This document shows positions 36,285 through 47,631 of a stretch of 64,000 bases of DNA, in pieces. This DNA comes from Eledone cirrhosa (Eukaryota): contig OZ024757.1 in assembly GCA_964016885.1 (NCBI GenBank), forward strand, positions 43,276,001-43,340,000, written 5' to 3'. The notes under the pieces are model-generated. The model saw only the letters and a program-made list of their open reading frames with translations, was not told where the DNA came from and made no database searches. The translations under genes and the position numbers were made by a program. Position 1 is the stretch's first letter. Every line of letters starts with the position of its first letter.

Positions 36285-39200
36285 GTGCCCATGCGCCAAG
36301 ACCGCCAGACCGTACTGCGCACGCGCCGAGACGGCCTGATCGTAGTGCGCATGCGCCAAAGCCGCCTAACCGTAGTGCGCATGCGCCAAGGCCGCCGATA
36401 CATAGTGCACATGCGCCAAGGCCGTCGGACCATACTGCGCATGCGCCAAGGGCGCCGGACCGTTGTGCGCATGCGCCAAGGCCACCTGACTGTACTGCGC
36501 ATGCGTCAAGGTCGCAGTACCGAACTGCGCATGCGCTAAGGCCGCCGGACCGTAGTGCGCATGCACCAAGGCCGCCGGACCGTTGTGCGCATGCGCAAAG
36601 AACGATGGCCCTTAGTGCGCATGCGCCAAGGCCGTCGGAACGTACTGCGCATGCGCTAAGGCCGCCGGACCTTACTGCGCATGCGCCAAGGCCACTGGAC
36701 AGTACTGCGCATGCGCCAAGGCCACCGGAACGTAGTGCGCATGCGCCAAGGCCGCCGGAACGTAGTGCGCATGCGCGAAGGCCGCCGGACCGTAGTGCGC
36801 ATGCGCCAAAACTGACAGACCATAGTGCGCATGCGCCAAAGCCGCCGGACCTTACTGCGCATGCGCCAAGGCCACTGGAGCGTACTGCGCATGCGCCAAG
36901 GCCACCGGAACGTAGTGCGCGCCGCCGGACCGTAGTGCGCATGCGCCAATGCTGCCAGACCGTAGTGCGCATGCACCAAAGCCGCCGGACCGTAGTGTGC
37001 AGGCGCCAAGGCCGCCGGGCCGTAGTGTGCATGCGCCAAGGCCGCCGGACCGTTGTGCGCATGCGCAAAGACCGCTGACCCTTAGTGCGCATGCGCCATG
37101 GCCGCCGGACCTTACTGCGCATGCGCTAAGGCCGCCGGACCTCACTGCGCATGCGCCAAGGCCACTGGACTGTACTGCGCATGCGCCAAGGCCACCAGGA
37201 CGTAGTGCGCATGCGCCAAGGCCATCGGACCGTAGTGCGCATGCTTCAAGTCTGCCAGACCGTAGTGCGCATGCGCCAAAGCCACCAGACCGTACTGCGC
37301 ATGTGCCAAGGCCACCGGAACGTAGTGCGCATGCGGCAAGGCCGCCGGACCGTAGTGCGCATGCGCCAAGACCGCCGGACCGTAGTGCGCGTGCGCCAAG
37401 GCCGCCAGACCGTAGTGCGCATGCGCCAAGGTCGCCGGGCCGTACTGCGCATGCGCCAAGGCCGCCGGGCTGTAGTGCGCATGCTCCAATGCTGCTAGAC
37501 CGTAGTGCGCATGCACCAAAGCCGCCGGACCGTAGTGCGCATGCGCCAAGGCCGCCGGACCGTAGTGCGCATGCACCAAGGCCGCCGGACCGTTGTGCGC
37601 ATGCGCAAAGAACGATGGCCCTTAGTGCGCATGCGCCACGGCCGCCGGAACGTACTGCGCATGTGCTAAGGCCGCCGGACCTTACTGCGCATGCGCCAAG
37701 GCCACTGGACAGTACTGCGCATGCGTCAAGGCCACCGGAACGTAGTGCGCATGCGCCAAGTCCGCCGTACCATTGTGCGCATGCGCAAAGACCGCTGGCC
37801 CTTAGTGCGCATGCGCCATGGCCGCCGGACCTTACTGCGCATGCGCTAAGGCCGCCGGGCCTTACTGCGCATGCGCCAAGGCCACTGGACTGTACTGTGC
37901 AGGCGCCAAGGCCAGCAGGACGTAGTGCGCATGCGCCAAGGCCATCGGACCGTAGTGCGCATGCGCCAAGTCTGCCAGACCGTAGTGCGCATGCGCCAAA
38001 GCCACCGGACCGTACTGCGCATGTGCCAAGGCCACCGGAACGTAGTGCGCATGCGGCAAGGTCGCCGGACCGTAGTGCGCATGCGCCAAGACCGCCGGAC
38101 CGTAGTGCGCGTGCGCCAAGGCCGCCAGACCGTAGGGCGCATGCGCCAAGGTCGCCGGGCCGTACTGCGCATGCGCCAAGGCCGCCGGGCTGTAGTGCGC
38201 ATGCCCCAATGCTGCTAGACCGTAGTGCGCATGCACCAAAGCCGCCGGACCGTAGTGCGCATGCGCCAAGGCCGCCGGACCGTAGTGCGCATGCACCAAG
38301 GCCGCCGGACCGTTGTGCGCATGCGCAAAGGACGATGGCCCTTCGTGCGCATGCGCCAAGGCCGCCGGAACGTACTGCGCATGCGCTAAGGCTGCCGGAC
38401 CTTACTGCGCATGCGCCAAGGCCACTGGACAGTACTGCGCATGCGCCAAGGCCACCGGAACGTAGTGCGCATGCACCAAAGCCGCCGGACCGTAGTGCGC
38501 AGGCGCGAAGGCCGCCGGACCGTTGTGCGCATGCGCAAAGACCGCTGGCCCTTAGTGCGCATGCGCCATGGCCGCCGGACCTTACTGCGCATGCGATAAG
38601 GCCACTGGACCGTAGTGCGCATGCGCTAAGGCTGCCGGACCTTACTGCGCATGCGCCAAGGCCACTGGACAGTACTGCGCATGCGCCAAGGCCACCGGAA
38701 CGTAGTGCGCATGCGCCAAGGCCGCCGGAACGTAGTGCGCATGCGGGAAGGTTGCCGGACAGTAGTGCGCATGCGCCAAGGCCACCGAACCGCATGCGCA
38801 CAAAGATCCGGCGGCCTTGGCGCATGCGCAGTACGGTTCGGCGGCCTTGGCGCATGCGCACTACGGTCTGGCGGCCTTGGCACATGCGCACTACCATCCG
38901 ACGGCCTTGGGGCATGCGCAGTAAGATCCGGCGGCCTTGGAGCATGCGCACTACGGTCTGGCGGCCTTGGCACATGCGCACTACGGTCCGACGGCCTTGG
39001 GGCATGCGCAGTACGATCCGGCGGTCTTGGTGCATGCGCAGTACCGTCCGGTGGCCTTGGCGCATGCGCACTACGGTGCAGCTGCTTTGGCGCATGCGCA
39101 GTACGGTTCGGCGGCCTTAGCGCATGCGCACTACGGTCCGGCGGGCTTGGCACATGCGCAGTATGGTCCGGCGACCTTGACGCAGGCGCACTACGGTTCG

Positions 39201-41535
39201 GCGGCTCTGGCGCATGCGCACTGCGGTCCGGCGGCCTTGGCGCATACGCAGTACGGTCCGGCGGCCTTAGCGCATGCGCAGTTCGGTACTGGGACCTTGA
39301 CGCATGCGCAGTACAGTCAGGCGGCCTTGGCGCATGCGCACTACGGTCCGGCGGCCTTGGCGCATGCGCAGTATGGTCCGACGGCCTTGGCGCATGTGCA
39401 CTATGTATCGGCGGCCTTGGCGCATGCGCACTACGGTTCGGCGGCTTTGGCGCATGCGCACTACGATCCGGCGGCCTTGGCGCATGCGCACTACGGTCCG
39501 GCAGCCTTGGCGCATGCGCACTACGGTCATGTGGCCTTGGCGCATGCGCACTACGGTACTGCGGCCTTGTCGCATGCGCACTACGGTCCGGTGGCTTTGG
39601 CGCATGCGCACTACGGTCCGGCGTCCTTGGCGCATGTGCAGTACGGTCCGGTGGCCTTGGCGCATGCGCACTACGGTCCAGCTGCTTTGGCGCATGCGCA
39701 GTACGGTTCAGCGGCCTTAGCGCATGCGCACTACGGTCCGGCGGGCTTGGCGCATGCGCAGTATGGTCCGGCGACCTTGACGCATGCGCACTACGGTTCG
39801 GCGGCTCTGGCGCATGCGCACTGCGGTCCGGCGGCCTTGGCGCATGCGCACTACGTTCCGGTGGCCTTGGCGCATGCGCAGTACGCTCCAGTGGCCTTGG
39901 CGCATGCGCAGTAAGGTCCGGCGGCTTTGGCGCATGCGCACTATGGTCTGTCAGTCTTGGCGCATGCGCACTACGGTCCGGCTGCCTTCGTGGATGCGCA
40001 CTACGTTCCGGCGGCCTTGCCGCATGCGCACTACGGTCCGGTGGCTTTGGCGCATGCGCACTACGGTCTGGCAGACTTGGCGCATGCTCACTACGGTCCG
40101 ATGGCCTTGGCGCATGCGCACTACGTCCTGGTGGCCTTGGCGCATGCGCAGTACAGTCCAGTGGCCTTGGCGCATGCGCAGTGAGGTCCGGCGGCCTTAG
40201 CGCATGCGCAGTAAGGTCCGGCGGCCATGGCGTATGCGCACTAAGGGTCAGCGGTCTTTGCGCATGCGCACAACGGTCCGGCGGCCTTGGCGCATGCACA
40301 CTACGGCCCGGCGGCCTTGGCGCCTGCGCACTACGGTCCGGCGGCTTTGGTGCATGCGCACTACGGTCTGGCAGCATTGGCGCATGCGCACTACGGTCTG
40401 GCAGACTTGGCGCATGCGCACTACGGTGCGATGGCCTTGGCGCGTGCGCACTACGTTCTGGTGGCCTTGGCGCATGCACAGTACGGTCCAGTGGAACGTA
40501 GTGCGCATGCGCCAAGGCCGCCGGAACGTAGTGCGCATGCGGGAAGGTCGCCGGACAGTAGTGCGCATGCGCCAAGGCCACCGAACCGCATGCGCACAAA
40601 GATCCGGCGGCCTTGGCGCATGCGCAGTACGGTTCGGCGGCCTTGGAGCATGCGCACTACGGTCTGGCGGCCTTGGCACATGCGCACTACCATCCGACGG
40701 CCTTGGGGCATGCGCAGTAAGATCCGGCGGCCTTGGAGCATGCGCACTACGGTCTGGCAGCCTTGGCGCATGCGCACTACGGTCCGGCGGCCTTGGCGCA
40801 TGCGCACTACGTTCCGGTGGCCTTGGCGCATGCGCAGTACGCTCCAGTGGCCTTGGCGCATGCGCAGTAAGGTCCGGCGGCTTTGGCGCATGCGCACTAT
40901 GGTCTGTCAGTCTTGGCGCATGCGCACTACGGTCCGGCGGCCTTGGCGCATGCGCACTACGTTCCGGCGGCCTTGGCGCATGCGCACTACGTTCCGGTGG
41001 CCTTTGCGCATGCGCAGTACGGTCCAGCGGCCTTGGCGCATGCGCACATCGGTACGGCGGCCTTGGCGCATGCGCAGTACGTTCCGGCGGCCTTGGCGCA
41101 TGCGCACTAAGGGCCATCGTTCTTTGCGCATGCGCACAACGGTCCGGCGGCCTTGGTGCATGCGCACTACGGTCCGGCAGCCTTGGCGCATGCGCACTAC
41201 GGTCCGGTGGCTTTGGTGCATGCGCACTACGGTCTAGCAGCATTGGGGCATGCGCACTACAGCCCGGCGGCCTTGGCGCATGCGCAGTACGGCCCGGCGA
41301 CCTTGGCGCATGCGCACTACGGTCTGGCGGTCTTGGCGCATGCGCACTACGGTCCGGCGACCTTGCCGCATGCGCACTACGTTCCGGTGGCCATGGCACA
41401 TGCGCAGTACGGTCCGGTGGCTTTGGCGCATGCGCACTACGGTCTGGCAGACTTGGCGCATGCGCACTACGGTCCGATGGCCTTGGCGCATGCGCACTAC
41501 GTCCTGGTGGCCTTGGCGCATGCGCAGTACAGTCC

Positions 41536-41589
41536 ATATTTAGCCATTTTGAGTTATTTTAGTAATTTATGTTGCAGTTTAACCATTTT
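41536..41589 (+). repeat. AT-rich linker, short form (54 bp)
   Basis: Homologous to 5732-5785 (ATGTTGCAG variant). Confidence 0.95.
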
Positions 41590-44189
41590 CAAGGCCGCCG
41601 GACCGTACTGCGCATGCGCCAAGGCCGCCTGACTGTACTGCGCATGCGTCAAGGTCGCAGTACCGAACTGCGCATGCGTTAAGGCCGCCGGACCGTACTG
41701 CGCATGTGCCAAGGCCGCCGGACCGTAGTGCGCATGCGCCAAAGCCGCCGAACCGTACTGCGCATGCGCCAAGGCCGCCGGACCGTAGTGCGCATGCGCC
41801 AAGACCGACTGACTGTACTGCGCATGCGTCAAGGTCCCAGTACCGAACTGCGCATGCGCTAAGGCCGCCGGACCGTACTGCGCATGCGCCAAGGCCGCCG
41901 GACCGCAGTGCGCATGCGCAAGAGCCGCCGAACCGTAGTGCGCATGCGTCAAGGTCGCCGAACCATACTGCGCATGCGCCAAGCCCGCCGGACCGTAGTG
42001 CGCATGCGCTAAGGCCGCCGAACCGTACTGCGCATGCGCCAAAGCAGCTGGACCGTAGTGCGCATGCGCCAAGGCCACGGGACGGTACTGCGCATGCTCC
42101 AAGACCGATGGATCGTACTGCGCATGCCCCAAGGCCGTCGGACAGTAGTGCGCATGTGCCAATGCCGCCAGGCCGTAGTGCGCATGCTCCAAGACCGCCG
42201 GATCTTACTGCGCATGCCCCAAGGCCGTCGGACCGTAGTGCGCATGTGCCAAGGCCGCCAGACCGTAGTGCGCATGCGCCAAGGCCGCCGAACCGTACTG
42301 CGCATGCGCCAAGGCCACCGGACCTTTGTGCGCATGCGGTTCGGCGGCCTTGGCGCATGCGCACTACGGTCCGGCGACCTTCCCGCATGCGCACTACGTT
42401 CCGGTGGCCTTGGCACATGCGCAGTACGGTCCGGCGGCTTTGGCGCATGCGCACTACGGTCTGGCAGCCTTGGCGCATGCGCACTACGGTCCGGCGGCCT
42501 TGGCGCATGCGCACTACGTTGCGGTGGCCTTGGCGCATGCGCAGTACGCTCCAGTGGCCTTGGCGCATGCGCAGTAAGGTCCGGCGGCTTTGGCGCATGC
42601 GCACTATGGTCTGTCAGTCTTGGCGCATGCGCACTACGGTCCGGCGGCCTTCGCGCATGCGCACTACGTTCCGGCGGCCTTGGCGCATGCGCACTACGTT
42701 CCGGTGGCCTTTGCGCATGCGCAGTACGGTCCAGCGGCCTTGGCGCATGCGCACAACGGTACGGCGGCCTTGGCGCATGCGCACTACGTTCCGGTGGCCT
42801 TGACGCATGCGCACTACTGTCCAGTGGCCTTGGCGCATGCGCAGTAAGGTCCGGCGGTCTTAGCGCATGCGCAGTACGTTCCGGCGGCCTTGGCGATGTG
42901 CACTAAGGGCCATCGTTCTTTGCGCATGCGCACAACGGTCCGGCGGCCTTGGTGCATGCGCACTACGGTCCGGCAGCCTTGGCGCATGCGCACTACGGTC
43001 CGGCGGCTTTGGTGCATGCGCACTACGGTCTAGCAGCATTGGGGCATGCGCACTACAGCCCGGCGGCCTTGGCGCATGCGCAGTACGGTCTGGCGGCCTT
43101 GGCGCACGCGCACTACGGTCCGGCGGTCTTGGCGCATGCGCACTACGGTCCGGCGACCTTGCCGCATGCGCACTACGTTCCGGTGGCCTTGGCACATGCG
43201 CAGTACGGTCCGGTGGCTTTGGCGCATGCGCACTACGGTCTGGCAGACTTGGCGCATGCGCACTACGGTCCGATGGCCTTGGCGCATGCGCACTACGTCC
43301 TGCTGGCCTTGGCGCCTGCGCAGTACAGTCCAGTGGCCTTGGCGCATGCGCAGTAAGGCCCGGCGGCCTTAGCGCATGCGCAGTAAGGTCCGGCGGCCAT
43401 GGCGCATGCGCACTAAGGGCCAGCGGTCTTTGCGCATGCGCACAATGGTACGGCGGCCTTGGCGCATGCGCACTACGTTCCGGTGGCCTTGACGCATGCG
43501 CAGTACTGTCCAGTGGCCTTGGCGCATGCGCAGTAAGGTCCGGCGGCCTTAGCGCATGCGCAGTACGTTCCGGCGGCCTTGGCGCATGTGCACTAAGGGC
43601 CATCGTTCTTTGTGCATGCGCACAACGGTCCGGCAGCCTTGGTGCATGCGCACTACGGTCCGGCGGCCTTGGCGCATGCGCACTACGGTCCGGCGGCTTT
43701 GGTGCATGCGCACTACGGTCTAGCAGCATTGGAGCATGCGCGCTACAGCCCGGCGGCCTTGGCGCATGCGCAGTACGGCCCGGCGACCTTGGCGCATGCG
43801 CACTACGGTCTGGCGGCCTTGGCGCACGCGCACTACGGTCCGGCGGTCTTGGCGCATGCGCACTACGGTCCGGCGACCTTGCCGCATGCGCACTACGTTC
43901 TGGTGGCCTTGGCACATGCGCAGTACGGTCCGGTGGCTTTGGCGCATGCGCACTACGGTCTGGCAGACTTGGCGCATGCGCACTACGGTCCGATGGCCTT
44001 GGCGCATGTGCACTACGTCCTGGTGGCCTTGGCGCATGCGCAGTACAGTCCAGTGGCCTTGGCGCATGCGCAGTGAGGTCCGGCGGCCTTAGCGCATGCG
44101 CAGTAAGGTCCGGCGGCCATGGCGCATGCGCACTAAGGGTCAGCGGTCTTTTCGCATGCGCACAACGGTCCGGCGGCCTTGGCGCATGC

Positions 44190-44730
44190 ACACTACGTTC
44201 TGGTGGCCTTGGCGCATGCACAGTACGGTCCAGTGGCCTTGGCGCATGCGCACAACGGTCCGGCGGCCTTGGCGCATGCGCACTACGGTCCGGCAGCTTT
44301 GGTGCATGCGCACTACGGTCTGGCAGCATTGGCGCATGCGCACTACGGTCCGGGGGCCTTGGCGCATGCGCAGTACGGCCCGGCGGCCTTGGCGCATGCG
44401 CACTACGGTCTGGCGGCCTTGGCGCATGCGCACTACGGTCCGGCAGACTTGGCGCATGCGCACTACGGTCCGATGGCCTTGGCGCGTGCGCACTACGTTC
44501 TGGTGGCCTTGGCGCATGCACAGTACGGTCCAGTGGCCTTGGCGCATGCGCACAACGGTCCGGCGGCCTTGGCGCATGCGCACTACGGTCCGGCAGCTTT
44601 GGTGCATGCGCACTACGGTCTGGCAGCATTGGCGCATGCGCACTACGGTCCGGGGGCCTTGGCGCATGCGCAGTACGGCCCGGCGGCCTTGGCGCATGCG
44701 CACTACGGTCTGGCGGCCTTGGCGCATGCG
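44190..44730 (+). repeat. 300-bp (10-monomer) local tandem duplication inside an R arm
   Basis: The private variant CCGGGGGCCTT occurs at about 44350 and 44650, and neighbouring monomers repeat at offset 300. Confidence 0.8.
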
Positions 44731-44863
44731 CACTACGGTCCGGCGGCCTTGGCGCATGCGCACTACGGTCCGGCGGCGTTGGCGCATGCGCACTACGGTT
44801 CGGAGGCCTTGGCGCATGCGCACTACGGTCCGACGTCCTTGACGCATGTGCAGTACGGTCCGG

Positions 44864-45129
44864 ATGACTTTTTAGCCATTTTAAGCCTTTGTGTTGCCAT
44901 ATTTAGCCATTTTGAGTTATTTTAGTAATTTATGATGCAGTTTAACCATTTTAGAGCCATTTATAGTCATTTTAGACGTTTCAGTCGAGTTAGAGTCATT
45001 CTAGTCAATTATGATACGGTTTTAGCATTTTATTGTCACTTTAGTCATTTATTATGCCGTCTTAGCCATTTTGTTGTAATTTCAGACATACATGATGACA
45101 TTTCGGCCATGTTAGTCCTTTTTGATGAC
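44864..45129 (+). repeat. AT-rich linker, full-length form (266 bp)
   Basis: Homologous to 32406-32671. Confidence 0.95.
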
Positions 45130-47365
45130 GTGCCCATGCGCCAAGACCGCCAGACCGTACTGCGCACGCGTCGAGACGGCCTGATCGTAGTGCGCATGCG
45201 CCAAAGCCGCCTAACCGTAGTGCGCATGCGCCAAGGCCGCCGATACATAGTGCACATGCGCCAAGGCCGTCGGACCATACTGCGCATGCGCCAAGGGCGC
45301 CGGACAGTTGTGCGCATGCACCAAGGCCGCCTGACTTACTGCGCATGCGTCAAGGTCGCAGTACCGAACTGCGCATGCGCTAAGGCCTCCGGACCGTACT
45401 GCGCATGCGCCAAGGCCACCTGACTGTACTGCGCATGCGTGAAGGTCGCAGTACCGAACTGCGCATGCGCTAAGGCCGCCGGACCGTACTGCGCATGCGC
45501 CAAGGCCGCCGGACCGTAGTGCGCATGCGCCAAGGCCGCCTGACTGTACTGCGCATGCATCAAGGTCCCAGTACCGTACTGCGCATGCACCAAGACCGCC
45601 GGACCGTAGTGCGCATGCGCCAGAGCCGCCGAACCGTAGTGCGCATGCGCCAAGGCCGCCGGACCATACTGCGCATGCGCCAAGGCCGCCGGGCCGTAGT
45701 GCGAATCCTCCAAAGACGCGGGCCCGTAGTGCGCATGCGCCAAGGCCACCTGACTGTACTGCGCATGCGTCAAGGTCGCAGTACTGAACTGCGCATGCGC
45801 TAAGGCCGCCGGACCGTACTGCGCATGCGCCAAGGCCGCCGGACCGCAGTGCGCATGCGCCAGAGCCGCCGAACCGTAGTGCGCCTGCGTCAAGGTCGCC
45901 GAACCATACTGCGCATGCGCCAAGCCCGCCGGACCGTAGTGCGCATGCGCTAAGGCCGCCGAACCGTACTGCGCATGCGCCAAAGCAGCTGGACCGTAGT
46001 GCGCATGCGCCAAGGCCACGGGACGGTACTGCGCATGCTCCAAGACCGCCGGATCGTACTGCGCATGCCCCAAGGCCGTCGGACAGTAGTGCGCATGTGC
46101 CAAGGCCGCCAGACCGTAGTGCGCATGCTCCAAGACCGCCGGATCTTACTGCGCATGCCCCAAGGCCGTCGGACCGTAGTGCGCATGTGCCAAGGCCGCC
46201 AGACCGTAGTGCGCATGCGCCAAGGCCGCCGAACCGTACTGCGCATGCGCCAAGGCCGCCGGACCTTTGTGCGCATGCGGTTCGGCGGCCTTGGCGCATG
46301 CGCACTACGGTCCGGCGACCTTCCCGCATGCGCACTACGTTCCGGTGGCCTTGGCACATGCGCAGTACGGTCCGGCGGCTTTGGCGCATGCGCACTACGG
46401 TCTGGCAGCCTTGGCGCATGCGCACTACGGTCCGGCGGCCTTGGCGCATGCGCACTACGTTCCGATGGCCTTGGCGCATGCGCAGTACGCTCCAGTGGCC
46501 TTGGCGCATGCGCAGTAAGGTCCGGCGGATTTGGCGCATGCGCACTATGGTCTGTCAGTCTTGGCGCATGCGCACTACGGTCCGGCGGCCTTGGCGCATG
46601 CGCACTACGTTCCGGCGGCCTTGGCGCATGCGCACTACGTTCCGGTGGCCTTTGCGCATGCGCAGTACGGTCCAGCGGCCTTGGCGCATGCGCACAACGG
46701 TACGGCGGCCTTGGCGCATGCGCACTACGTTCCGGTGGCCTTGACGCATGCGCAGTACTGTCCGGCGGCCATGGCGCATGCGCACTAAGGGTCAGCGGTC
46801 TTTTCGCATGCGCACAACGGTCCGGCGGCCTTGGCGCATGCACACTACGGCCCGGCGGCCTTGGCGCCTGCGCACTACGGTCCGGCGGCTTTGGTGCATG
46901 CGCACTACGGTCTGGCAGCATTGGCGCATGCGCACTACGGTCTGGCAGACTTGGCGCATGCGCACTACGGTCCGATGGCCTTGGCGCGTGCGCACTACGT
47001 TCTGGTGGCCTTGGCGCATGCACAGTACGGTCCAGTGGCCTTGGCGCATGCGCACAACGGTCCGGCGGCCTTGGCGCATGCGCACTACGGTCCGGCAGCT
47101 TTGGTGCATGCGCACTACGGTCTGGCAGCATTGGCGCATGCGCACTACGGTCCGGCGGCCTTGGCGCATGCGCAGTACGGCCCGGCGGCCTTGGCGCATG
47201 TGCACTACGGTCTGGCGGCATTGGCGCATGCGCACTACGGTCCGGCGGCCTTGGCGCATGCGCACTACGGTCCGGCGGCGTTGGCGCATGCGCACTACGG
47301 TTCGGAGGCCTTGGCGCATGCGCACTACGGTCCGACGTTCTTGACGCATGTGCAGTACGGTCCGG

Positions 47366-47631
47366 ATGACTTTTTAGCCATTTTAAGCCTTTGTGTTGCC
47401 ATATTTAGCCATTTTGAGTTATTTTAGTAATTTATGATGCAGTTTAACCATTTTAGAGCCATTTATAGTTATTTTAGACGTTTCAGTCGTGTTAGAGTCA
47501 TTCTAGTCAATTATGATACGGTTTTAGCATTTTATTGTCACTTTAGTCATTTATTATGCCGTCTTAGCCATTTTGTTGTAATTTCAGACATACATGATGA
47601 CATTTCGGCCATGTTAGTCCTTTTTGATGAC
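47366..47631 (+). repeat. AT-rich linker, full-length form (266 bp)
   Basis: Homologous to 32406-32671. Confidence 0.95.

Larger units (their letters stand above)
29230..36420 (+). repeat. Recent tandem duplication, period 3613 bp (F arm-J-R arm-long linker)
   Basis: J at 30406 and 34019, linkers at 32406 and 36019, and ORF pairs 29577/33190 and 30349/33962 are all offset by 3613. Private variants are shared (GCATTCGTACTAC, GCCTGAGCG, GACCATTGTTC). Confidence 0.92.

Noticed and set aside
47366-47631. Linker as a tRNA/ncRNA, promoter, terminator or telomeric repeat, or its TTAGCCAT unit as a derivative of the monomer's TTGGCGCAT
   Set aside because: There is no recognisable RNA structure or canonical telomere motif. 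The TGACGT half-site at the linker end and the resemblance to the monomer are too short to be significant.
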